From positions 4,800,001-4,864,000 of the forward strand of contig CM000154.2 of the NCBI GenBank assembly GCA_000004695.1: a stretch of DNA of 64,000 nucleotides, written 5' to 3'. Below, one piece after another: positions 39,013 through 50,944 of this stretch (position 1 is its first letter; the number at the start of each line of letters is the position of its first letter). Below the pieces are notes generated by a model, which was not told the DNA's origin, did no database searches, and saw only the letters and a program-made list of their open reading frames with translations. A program made the position numbers and the translations under genes. Source of the stretch: Dictyostelium discoideum. Its lineage: Eukaryota.

Positions 39013-39560
39013 GGTTTTTTTTTTTTTTTTTTTTTAAAATTTTTTTAAAATTTGAAGCCATGAATTTTTTTTTTAAAAAATTGATGAATCGCATTTTTTT
39101 GTTTTGGTTTTAAAAAAAAATTTTTTTTTTTTTTTTTTTTTTTTTAACCAAACACTCTTTGTACTTTACATAAACCCCCACTCACTCACACTATTCAGTT
39201 TTTTTTTTTTTCTTTTTTTGGAACACAATTTAAATTTTTTTAGATAAATTGGTTTTTTTTTTTTTTTTTAATATATTAATATAATCACACACCCACATAT
39301 ATATATATAACATATTTATTTTTTTTTATTATTAATTTTTTTATTTAAATTTTCTCATCATTCACATTAAATTTAAATAAATAAAAAAAAAAAAAAAAAA
39401 TTTATATAATAAAAAAAAAAAAAAAAAAATATTAACATACATTTTTTTTTTTATTTAAACGCCTCATTTTGATAATAATAAAACTCTTTACTCTTTGTAT
39501 TATTTTTCAAAAATATTAATTTAAATAGTTTTCTATAAAAAAAAAAAATAAAAAAATAAA

Positions 39561-40749
39561 ATGGATACTACTGAACAAATTACCTCTACCACTGTTACTT
39601 CCTCCATTCCAGAAGAAAATAATACTACTACTACTACCACTACTACTACCACTACAACTACAAATACCAACAGTAATAATAATATTGATGAAGCATCAAA
39701 TATGAATAAAGAAAAAGCAATTGAAAATGGTGGATTATTAAAAGCATATGCTGAACAAGGTAATTTAGAAAAAGTAAAACATTTAATTGAAGTTGAAAAA
39801 GTTTCACCAAATCAACCAGATTTATTTGGTGATTCAGCTCTTCATGGTGCTTCTGCAAATGGTAGAATTTGTAAGTTTATTATTATTATTATTTAATTTT
39901 ATAATAAATAATAAAGAAAATAAATACTAAATAATAAATAATAATATTAATAATTTTTTTTATTTTTTTATTTTATTTTATTTATTTATTTTAAAAAATA
40001 AAACAGCTGTTATTGAATATTTACTTGGAAAGAAATCAAATCCAAATATTAAGAATAAAGTTGGATCAACACCATTACATAAAGCAGTTACAATTGATCA
40101 TAGTTCAATTGGATTGGGAGTTCAAATGAATTTGATAAGATTATTATTAAAGTTTGGAGCTGATCCAACCATTGTTAATATGGCAGGATTGATACCAGAG
40201 CAATTGGCAACTAGTATTCGTGTGAAGGAGATGCTACAAGGTGACCAGGCCGTGACTATCCTCTTGCCAATTCCAAAGGTTCATCATGGCAAAATCATTG
40301 GTCGTGGTGGCAAGAACTTAAAAGAGTTGAGAGAGCTCACCAATACTCAAATCCAATTGCCAGAATCCAACGTTACCGATAACAAAATCACAATTAAAGG
40401 TAGAAAAGATGATGTAGAGAAAGCTCGTCAAATGATATTGGATATCGTTAATCCACCAAAAACTCCAGAAGAGATTGAAGCTGAAGAAAAGAAAAGAAAG
40501 GAAGAAGAGGAAGCCGATATTGAAATACTTAATCTCACCTCGATCGCCAAAGAAAAGCATAGTTTAATCATTGGTTCTCAAGGTAAAAATATCAAATACT
40601 TGCGTTCTCATTTCAATGTTAAAATTACAATTCCACCAACAAATTCATCTGAAAATAATATCTCAATTCAAGGTAAATCTGAAGATATTGATAATGCAAT
40701 GAAATATATTAATGAAATTTTAAAAAAAAATAATGAAATTAAAAATAGA

Positions 40750-40782
<33 letters not shown>

Positions 40783-40851
40783 ACTAATAATAGTAATAAT
40801 AATAGCGGTAATAATAATTTTTCAAGACCAAAACCAAAAATTGTTAAATAA
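39561..40851 (+). CDS. Ankyrin-repeat + tandem KH-domain protein; 2 exons (39561-39871, 40007-40851)
   Basis: The ANK repeat is ..GDSALHGASANGRI|SVIEYLLGKKSNPNIKNKVGSTPLHKAV... Two KH cores follow (..GKIIGRGGKNLKELRELTNTQIQL.. and ..SLIIGSQGKNIKYLRSHFNVKITI..). The donor is att t|gtaagt and the acceptor is aaaacag|. The track start at 40114 is a TTG within exon 2. Confidence 0.8.
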
Positions 40852-41152
40852 TAATATAATTTTTTTTTTTTTTTATTAGATTAATAAATTTTTTTTAAAA
40901 AAAATATATTTCTTTTCTTTTTTAAATAAGATAAATATAAAATTTTTATTTTTATTTTATTTTTTTATTTTTTTTTTTTGTTTTTTTTCATTTTTTATTT
41001 TTTTTTCTTAAAAAATAAAAAAAAAAATAAAAAAAAAAAATCCCAATAATTTAAAATTTTAATTCTAATTTAGTGTGTTTATTTTATTTGTATTTGAATA
41101 AATGTGTTATAATTAAGTGTACTATAGAAAAATAAAAAAAAAAAAAATAATA

Positions 41153-42751
41153 ATGGATAAAGAAAGAGGAGGAGGGGAATTAAATAAAAGCCCAGATAAA
41201 AAAGATAATGATATTCAAAATATAGTTATTATTAATGATCATTCCGATATTAATGACCATCAAAATAACAATGATAAAGAACCACTCTTAAAAAAACAAC
41301 AAAATTTAAAAAAACAAATAGATGAAAATAATTATATAAATGGATATAATATAAATAGTAAACGATTAACTACAACAACTACAACAACGACCCAAAGTAA
41401 TAAAGATACAATGATTAATATTGAAAATTCACAACAAATTTGTAATAATAGTAATAATAATAATATAGATAATAGCAATAATAATAATAATATTAATAAT
41501 AATAATAATAATAATAATTTAAAAAAGAAAAATGATATGGTTAGATCATATGAAAATAATATAATTTATAAAACAGAAGGACCATTTAATGAAACTATAC
41601 CAATTATGATAAAGGATGATGAAACTGGGCCATTAAATTTACCATTTACATTTTTAAGAGGATTATGGGTGATCATATTGGTAGCTATATTTTTATTATT
41701 GGCAACAAGTTATTTTATAGAATATAGATTTTTAGATTTACACCCAAATAATAATGGAGAAAGAGCAATTCATTACACATTCATTGCTACAAGACCAGTA
41801 GTATTGGTGCCTTTGATTTTCATAATTCCATTATATGGTTTAAACGATAGAAAAACAAGTAAATATAGTTTTTTCATTGGTATCGCCTTGGTATTAAATA
41901 TTATAGGTGATTGTATATATTCAATTCAAATTAATGATCAACTTGAAAATGTTGCAAATAGTAGTGGTGGTGGTGGTACAGATGGAGATACAAATTCTCG
42001 TCAAGAAAATCAAAATTTATTATTAAATGAAATGATGTATTTATTCTCATTAATATTTTATATGTGTTCAAGATTAATGTATACAATTGCATTCTTAATT
42101 GGTATTGGAAAAAATATAAAACCAAGATTATTTCACTCAATACCATTTTATGTTTATTCAGCTACTTTAATTTTATTAATTGTATTTTCAAAATCAATTT
42201 CACCATATATGAGTAGAAATACTTTTCAACCATTACCAGATTTAGAACCAAATAGTAATAATAATAATTATAATTATAATAATAATAATGGTACAGTTAG
42301 TGGTGGTGGTGATTCCGATAGTTCATCAGATTTAACAGATGTTGATCCAGCTCATTTCTCTTTAATTTGTATTTATGGATTTATTGAAGCAACTATGGTT
42401 TGGAGGGCAATTTCATTGACATCATCATTCCCTGGTACATCACCTTCGAAAATGTTACTTTGGTTGGGTGTTTTAGGTGCTACTACATTTGGTATTGTCG
42501 ATACTTTATTAGTTATCAATTCTTATTATCATCCAATCAATGCTATTTTCTATTTATCAACTGGTGGTATTTGGTTAGGAACTTCATTAATAGTTTTTAG
42601 TATTCCTCGAAGACCTGATGTCAAAGATTATATTTTTAAAGTATTTAGATTAAATAAACGTGGTATTAAAATCATTTCAAAATCAAGAGCATTTGAAAAT
42701 ACATTAGTTAAAGAAAATAGTATAAATAGAAAATCGAGTATAAATAATTAA
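41153..42751 (+). CDS. Multi-pass transmembrane protein with poly-Asn/Thr N-terminal region, hypothetical
   Basis: Long ORF with >=8 hydrophobic helices (for example GLWVIILVAIFLLLATSYFI, PVVLVPLIFIIPLYGL, LLWLGVLGATTFGIVDTLLVI). The first ATG is at 41153; the track start at 41117 is GTG. It is followed by an (AAT)n at 42781-42859. Confidence 0.7.
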   Translation: MDKERGGGELNKSPDKKDNDIQNIVIINDHSDINDHQNNNDKEPLLKKQQNLKKQIDENNYINGYNINSKRLTTTTTTTTQSNKDTMINIENSQQICNNSNNNNIDNSNNNNNINNNNNNNNLKKKNDMVRSYENNIIYKTEGPFNETIPIMIKDDETGPLNLPFTFLRGLWVIILVAIFLLLATSYFIEYRFLDLHPNNNGERAIHYTFIATRPVVLVPLIFIIPLYGLNDRKTSKYSFFIGIALVLNIIGDCIYSIQINDQLENVANSSGGGGTDGDTNSRQENQNLLLNEMMYLFSLIFYMCSRLMYTIAFLIGIGKNIKPRLFHSIPFYVYSATLILLIVFSKSISPYMSRNTFQPLPDLEPNSNNNNYNYNNNNGTVSGGGDSDSSSDLTDVDPAHFSLICIYGFIEATMVWRAISLTSSFPGTSPSKMLLWLGVLGATTFGIVDTLLVINSYYHPINAIFYLSTGGIWLGTSLIVFSIPRRPDVKDYIFKVFRLNKRGIKIISKSRAFENTLVKENSINRKSSINN

Positions 42752-42778
42752 AAAATTAAAAAATTAAAAATTAATAAA

Positions 42779-42780
<2 letters not shown>

Positions 42781-42859
<79 letters not shown>
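42781..42859. repeat. (AAT)n microsatellite
   Basis: Direct reading. Confidence 0.9.
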
Positions 42860-42860
<1 letters not shown>

Positions 42861-43231
42861 GTAAGATCAGGTTTAAAAAAATCCAATTTCAATAAAATTA
42901 ATTTTTACATAATTCGCTTTAGTTTTTTTTTTTTTATTTTTTTTTCTATTTTTTTTATTTATTTTAATTTTAGTAAATATTAAGTGTACTGAATTATATT
43001 GGTTTTTCGACATATATATATTTATTTTTTTGAATGGAGATGATTTATAATACTTAATGATAATAAAACCACCAATATCTTTTTAAAATAATTATCTTAT
43101 TTTTTTACAAACCCCCAATTTTTAATTTAATTTTATTTATTTATTTAAATTTTTAAATTATTATTTTTTAATTGTTATTTTATATTTATATTTTAAAAAA
43201 TTAATTATTATCTTTTAAAAATAAATAAAAA

Positions 43232-44587
43232 ATGAATTTTTTAATAATATTAATTAATATTATAATAGTTTTAACAACAATTATTTTCTTAAAAAATAAT
43301 AAAAAAAAAAAATAAATATATACCTGGTCCTATTGGGTTACCAATTTTAGGAAATTTATTATCATTAAAAGGTTAATCTCATTTCAAGAATTTTATAAAC
43401 AATATGGACCAATTTATAGAATTAGAATGGGTTCTATAGAAACTATAGTTTTAACAGAATCCTCTACTTTAAAGGAGGCATTTATTGGAAATTCTTATAT
43501 TTTTGAAAATAGATTTCAAAAAGAAAGAAATAATTGTGAGAATGTGTTATTGGCAAATGGAGAATTGTTTAAAATTATTCAAAGAATTAGATAACCTTGC
43601 TGAAATTGGTGAACCAATAATTTTAAATAGATATAAAATTGATTTCATCGAATGTCATGCTAACTTTTACATATGGTGATAAATTATTATATAAATATAA
43701 TGAAATTGAAACTTTTGAAGAATATTTAAAAAATTTATCAAATTATTTAAAAGTTACAGGTCGACCAATTTTATCAGATTTTATTCCATTTTTAAAACCA
43801 TTTTCAAAAAATGTGAATATTGATGATTGTAATGATTTTTTTTACATCCAATTCAAATAAATATATTGAGAAATTTAAATCTGGAAAAAATTCAAAACAA
43901 TCTAAAACAGAAAATAAACCAATAATTTCAAAACTATTATCATTATATGAAAATGGTGAAATATCATGGGCATCTGTTATTGGATCTTGCATTGATATGC
44001 AAGCTTCTAGTACTGATACAATTATGTTTTGTTTAATAGAATTAACAAATTTAAAAAATATTCAAAATAAAGTTTACAATGAAATAAAACAAGAAATTAA
44101 AAAACAAAATATTAATAATAATAACAATGAAGATGAAGTTTTAATCCAGTATAATAAATATCGTAATTCCCTACCATACTTTTCAATGGTAATAAAAGAA
44201 ACATTTAGAAAACATCCAGTAACAGCTCATGAAACTTCAAATGATGTTGAATTTAGAGGTTATAAAATTTCAAAAGGTACCCAAATCATTAAAAATATTT
44301 GGGCAACTCATAGAAATGAAAAAATATTTCAATCACCAAACTCATTTATTCCTGAAAGATTCTTGGAAGAATTACCAAATTCTAATTTAGTTCATTTTGG
44401 AGTTGGTGTAAGAGATTGTATGGGTAAATCATTAGCTGAATCACAAATATTTACAATATTGGCAAGTTTTATTAACAGATATGAATTTTTAAATCCTAAT
44501 CCATCAATACCATTAAATGATGTTGGTAAATTTGGTCTTGCCTTTTCTTGTCCTCAAAATAAAATAATTATTAAAAAGAGAATTTAA
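43232..44587 (+). pseudogene. Cytochrome P450 gene with >=4 frameshifts/stops in the 5' half (pseudogene, or sequence errors at homopolymers); 3' half intact
   Basis: The membrane anchor is MNFLIILINIIIVLTTIIF. PGPIGLPILGNLLSLKG is in a different frame after an A-run. ..YKQYGPIYRIRMGS..EAFIGNSYIFENRF.. appears in a third frame. Stops occur at 43381 and 43590-43680. The intact ORF 43820-44587 carries the ETFR-type K-helix region and the heme-binding FGVGVRDCMGKSLA (FxxGxRxCxG). Confidence 0.6.
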
Positions 44588-44884
44588 TAACACACACACA
44601 CCACAACAAACTTTATCAAAATTTAAATAAAAAAAACAGAATAAATAAATTTTAAGGTAATCACAATTAGTGATTGAAATTAATATTTTATTAATTAATT
44701 TTTCATTAAACTCATATGAAATAATGTAAACAATTAAGTTCAGTATTTAAAAAAGAGAGAAATAAATTTTTTAATAAATTATTATTGATTATTATTGATT
44801 ATTATTATTGATTATTATTGATTATTATTATTGTCTATTTTTGATTATAATTATTATTATTATTATTATTTAAAAATATTTTAT

Positions 44885-45499
44885 TTAATTTAAAATTAAA
44901 TTTTCAATATCATAATAATAAAAATCTAAAATTATACTACCACCAACATCATCTCTAATCATTAAAAAGGAATGCAAACCAGGTATAGGATGACCAAGAT
45001 AAGTGTTTACCCATTTTTGAATTGCTTTTGGTTGTAATGATAAATGGATTGAAACAGTGCCATCATGAGATTCCAAATCATCCATTATTACAGTTGATAA
45101 TTTACCACTTTGTTGAGTTGTCAATTGTGGAGAGATTGAAAGTAAATTACAAAGATCATGAATTATTGATGGTTTTTGATTTAATGCTTCAATTTTAATA
45201 CTTGAAATTGAACGAGTCTTTGAAAATTCTAATAATAATTTAAATTTATTATCAAAATTAAATGAAACACCATCCTTATTAAATAAATATTTAGTTGCAG
45301 TTAAAGTTAACTCTACTAATAAATTACCACTTGATGGTAAAATATTCATTGTATAACGTGGTTTAAATGATTCTTCTAATAATAAATTTCTAATCCATTC
45401 TTTTAAATCACTATAATGTACCCAAAGTGATTTAAAATCTTTATTACAATTTAAAAACCAATTACTATTTAATAATATTTGATAAATTATTTGTTGTTG

Positions 45500-45558
<59 letters not shown>

Positions 45559-47573
45559 CATTATTTTCAGATGAATTTGAAATTAATAAAGAATGATCAA
45601 ATGAAGATTTTAAAAATTTAGTTTTCCAAAATATTTGATCAGAACAAACTCTATAAAAACTTGATGAAACTTGACTGCAATTATTTAAATCTCTAATATC
45701 ATTTAATTGATTTAATATATTTTGAATAATTTCTTGTGGTAAATTATTAATTGATAATGGTATTATTGGTAAAGTAAATTGTAATGATGAAGATGATGAA
45801 GATGATGATGATAATGAAAATTGTGGTGATATTATATTATTATTATTTGATAAAATTGAAGAAAATAATTGATTTTGTTGTTGCTGTTGTGGTTGTTGTT
45901 GATAATTATTATATTGAGGACGATATGGATTAATTGTTTTCTTTAATAATAAATAATATAATAAATTATCAATTTGAATTGAATTTAAAATTGATTTTGT
46001 AAATGTTAAATTTGGAATTGTACAATGAGGTAAATGAAGTAATGAATTATCTTGAACAATTGAAATATCTTGAAAATCTGAATTAAATTGTGATTTGAAA
46101 CTATCAAAACCATTTGAATTAAATCCAAATGAATTACAAATTGAACATTGTTGAATAAATGTATTAAAATTTGATGATGATGATTGTTGATGTTGATGTG
46201 GTTGTTGTTGTTGATGATGATATTGTTGATAAATATTAATTAATTCAAAATTTGAAATGAAACCAATTTTTTCATCATTAGCATCTTTTAAAGTTTTATT
46301 ACAAGATAAACAGAATAAAGTTGGTTTACATCTACAATTACCATTACCAACACGTAATGATTTAATAACATTTTCAAAACAAATTGGAAAATCAATGAAA
46401 CCACAATTTGAACAATGATTGAATTTAATTTGATAGAATCTATTCTCTAGTGAAGTTTGTAAGAATTCTTTCATTTCCCAAGAATTACAAAGTGTGAATG
46501 CAGAATCTGCACCATTTTTACTCTTAATTTTTGGATCGGCTCCATATTCCAAGAGTAACTTTATTATTGGGAAATTGTTTGAAACTGGTTGAAATACACC
46601 ATCATATTGTATACATTTCATTAATGGTGAAAATCCTTCACTATCAGTTTGATTAATTGAACAACCCAATTCTAATAATTGTTTAACCACTCTTTGATTA
46701 CCTTGTTTACATGCTTTTGTCAATATGGTTGGACATTCAAATTCTGAATGTTTCTCTTTAAACGTTGAATCTAAATTTAATGATTTCATCCTCAACAATG
46801 AATCATTTAAATATCTATCACCTGCGCATAATGATAGAAATAATAATTCTGATGCTTCTGATGGTGAAAGATAACCTGTTTCATATTTTAATAATATATG
46901 AATTTTACATTGATTATTATTATTTAAATTATTTAAATTATTTAAATTATTATTACTATTAAATCTAGATTGTTGTGATTCTAATATTGTTACAGGTATC
47001 CAAAGTTCTAATATCTTTTCTCTTTCAATTTCAAATAAATCAAATTCTTTTGATTCCGCTATAATTATACTTGTTGGAGTTTGTTGTTGTTGCTGATCAG
47101 CACCATTGTTATTATTATTATTTAAACTATAATCATGAAAATAAAAAATTAAATTTTGAGTATTTAATGAAAATCTTTGCATTGGATTTGTTAACGGAAT
47201 TTCAAAATATTGTTTCCAATATAATTGATTCGAACTCTTTAATTGGGTTTCTTTTTTTGTATCTTGTAAACCAACTTTAACTTTACAACCAATTGTAACT
47301 GGTGGTGGTGGTGGTGAAGTACCATCATTATTTTGAAAACCTGTGCATTCAACTACAACCAAATGTAATTTATCAACTATTGATTGTTGTTGATGTTGAT
47401 GATAATGGTGTTGTTGTAAATTATTATATGAATTTTTATATTGTTCTCTGATTAAAAAATTATTAAATTCTTGTACCAATACTGATTTTTCTTGATTTGA
47501 TGGTTTTTGTTTTTGTAATAATTGTTCTTCTTGGCGTATTCTTTGTTGATTAATATTAATATTATTATTATTA

Positions 47574-47614
<41 letters not shown>

Positions 47615-47821
47615 ATTATTACTATTTTCATTGTTTATATAATAAAAATCATTATCTTTTCCATTATCAATTGATAATAATGGTGATGATAATAATGGTG
47701 GACTATTTGGTAATCTAATTGAATAATGTTCATTTGATTGATGCTGTATATTATTATTATTATTATTATTACTGTTACTACTACTATTGTTGTTGTTATT
47801 ATTATTATTACTGTTACTATT

Positions 47822-47852
<31 letters not shown>

Positions 47853-48368
47853 CTATTATTATTACTTAAAAAAGGATTAGTATTTGTGTTGTCAACTTGA
47901 TTTTGAAATATATTTGAATTTTTAATTGACTTTATAACATCTCTAAGTTTTTGAGAATTTCTAACTAATGAATTCTTTCTTTTAGGTTGTGCTGATTGTG
48001 TATTGTTATTTAAATTATTTATACTAGAAGTTGTTGTGGTTGTTGTGGTTGTTGTGGTAGTAGTTGTTGTTGTTGGTGGTACATTGTTATTATTAAGATA
48101 ATCATAAGTAGTGTTATCATTTGTTATGTTATCATTATTATTACTATCAAAATCACTATCAACTTGCATTGGTTCAAAATCTTTTTGGTTTATATTTTCA
48201 GAAGATGAATCTGAGTAAATTGATTTCTTTTTATATACAATATGTAAATGAACTTCACCATAATAAGTAGTTGAACTAAAAATATTATTATTGTTATTAT
48301 TATTATTATTATTATTTTGAACTGGAAATGGATTATAGAATTCTTTTGGTGTTTTATTTGTTATTGTA

Positions 48369-48399
<31 letters not shown>

Positions 48400-49083
48400 T
48401 ATTATTATTACTATTGATACTTATATTATTATTAGTATTATTATAATTATTACTATTGTAATTATTATTATTATAATTATAATTATTATAATTATAAAGT
48501 GGAATTAAAGTTGAAGGAATAATGGGAATACATAAATGATGACTTGTTGAAAATTGTAATTGATTTTGAATTGGTGGTTGTTTCTCTAAATAATTATTGA
48601 TTTGATTATATAGATTCGAAAGATCAACTTTACATTCACCCATTATTTCACCTAAAAATCCATCTTCAATTATTTTAATGATTAAACTTGGATATTTGGG
48701 TTTATATTTAATGTTTACTTGACAATTAATTGCAACTGTTCCATTATTATTATAAGTTTTTGAATTTGTTTTAACCCAATTTCCAATTCTACCATTTCCA
48801 ATCTTTAATTTAATATTTTTAGGAATATATCCATTTCCTAATTTTTTATTAAATTTAAAAAAATAAATAAATAAGAAAATAAAAAAATTATAAAAAAAAA
48901 AAATAAAAAAAAAATAAAAAAAAAATTAATGAATAAAAAAAAATAAAAAAATAAAAAAATAAATAATTAATATTATTGATAATTTATGAGAAAAAAAAAA
49001 ATTAAATTAAAAGAAAAAATAATATTACCATTTTTAATTGATAAATTTTTAATTTCAATAATTTTAACTTCAAAAGTACCCAT
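44885..49083 (-). CDS. C2-domain + ankyrin-repeat + F-box protein with extensive poly-Asn/Gln tracts; 2 exons (49029-49083, 44885-48837)
   Basis: Exon 1 is MGTFEVKIIEIKNLSIKN, with donor aatg|gtaatatt. Exon 2 begins GNGYIPKNIKLKIGNGRIGNWVKT..INCQVNIKYKPKYPSLIIKIIEDGFLGEIMGECKVDLSNL, a C2-like beta-sandwich pattern. The ANK repeats are ..GNQRVVKQLLELGCSINQTDSEGFSPLMKC..IIKLLLEYGADPKIKSKNG... The F-box is LPQEIIQNILNQLNDIRDLNNCSQVSSSFYRVCSDQIFW. Confidence 0.75.
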
Positions 49084-49502
49084 CAATATTAAAATCTATA
49101 GTAATACCCCACCTATTTTTTAAAAAATAAAGAAAAAGAATATTAATATTTTTATTTATATTTATATGTAAATAGAAATAAATAAATAAATAAATGGAAA
49201 AATAAAAAAAAAAAAAAAAAAAAAAAAAAAATGTTTGATGATTGTGATGGTTTTGTTTAAGAAGGAAAAAAAAAATGTTTTGATGTGATAAAAAAAGAGA
49301 AAGGGAGAAAAAAATAAAAAAAAATAATTAAATTTAAAAAAAAAAAAATAAAAAAAATAATTAAAAAAAAACAATAAACGGCAATGTTTTGATGTATTTA
49401 TAAATAGATTTTTTTATTTTATTTTTTTTATTTATTTTCGGGTGCTGATGAATTCAATAACCACACAATGGGGTGTTGTGTAAATATATATATTTTTTGT
49501 GT

Positions 49503-49533
<31 letters not shown>

Positions 49534-49583
49534 TATTTTGATTTAATTTAATTTTATATTATTAATTATGATTGTTACAAATT

Positions 49584-49588
<5 letters not shown>

Positions 49589-49632
<44 letters not shown>
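49589..49632. repeat. (TA)n microsatellite
   Basis: Direct reading. Confidence 0.9.
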
Positions 49633-49635
<3 letters not shown>

Positions 49636-50006
49636 TTGAACACTCAATTATTCAGATTTGCACAAATAATAACTATTTGAATGATTATTTTATGATTTTT
49701 TTTTTTTTTATGATTTTTTTTTTTTTTTTTCTTGGTTTTTTTTTTTTTTTGGGTTTTTTTTTTTTTTTATACAACTTACCAATTTTGTTTAAAAGAGATT
49801 TACTAAATTAGATAATGGTTTTTTTTTTTTATTATTTTAACTAAATTTGTATTTTGACTTGAATTATAATATATGAGGTTTTATTTTTGTTTTTTTTTAA
49901 TAAATGTGTGAAGATGTGTAATGATACAAAAAAATATAATAATAATAAAAATCAAAAATAGATAAATATACCTCAAATTTGCATAAAATAAATAAAAGGA
50001 ATTACA

Positions 50007-50044
<38 letters not shown>

Positions 50045-50944
50045 GGGCTTAAGCAACCTAACAAAAAAAGAGTGAATCAGTGTCAGTTGATCAAAAATAA
50101 AAAAAAAAAATAAAAAAAAAAAAAAAATAAAAAATAAATAAATAAGGTTGGAGTCCAAGTCTAACCGCTTTTAAAAGTAGTTGACCGAAAGTTTTTTTTT
50201 TTTTTTTATTATTTTTTTTTTTATTGTTTTTGTTTTTGTTTTTGTTTTTTTTTTTTTTTTATAATGATGTAAAAAATTAACCAAAAAAAAAAAAAACTTA
50301 AAAACCTAAAAAAAAAAAAAAAAAAAAAAAAAAGGCTATTACTTAAAAGGTTTTATGTTTTTTTTATAAAAACTTTTTATTTATATATGAAAAAAAAAAA
50401 ATATTAAAAAAATAAGAAAAAAAAAAAAACAGATAAAAAAGAATATAAATATCTTACCGTCCCACAAGCAGACTTTTTATTATTTTCTTTTTTTTTCCAG
50501 ATATTTTTTATTATTTTTATATTTTTTTATTTTTTTTTTTTATTTTTTTTTTTTTTCTGAAATTAATTTTTGTGGTTGGCGAAATGCGACTTTTTTTTAA
50601 ACCATGAAGATAAAAAAAAAAAAAAAAAAAAAAAAAAACTTTTTTATTTTATTTTAACCATTAATTTTGCAAAAAACCAAGAGGTTATACTCGAAAAGTG
50701 GAATTTACTTTTTATTATCAGAGTAACCAACTATATTCTTAATTTTAATAGTTTCCAAAAAAAAAAATTTTAAAAAAAAAAAAATAAAAAAATAAAAATA
50801 AAAAATATTAATAAAAAATCTGGAAAATTATATTATTATTATTTCTATTTATATATAAATAAATAAATTAATAAATAAATAAAATAATAATTTTATTTTT
50901 AAAATTTTTTAATTTTTTTTTTTAAATTTTTTTAATTTTTTTTT

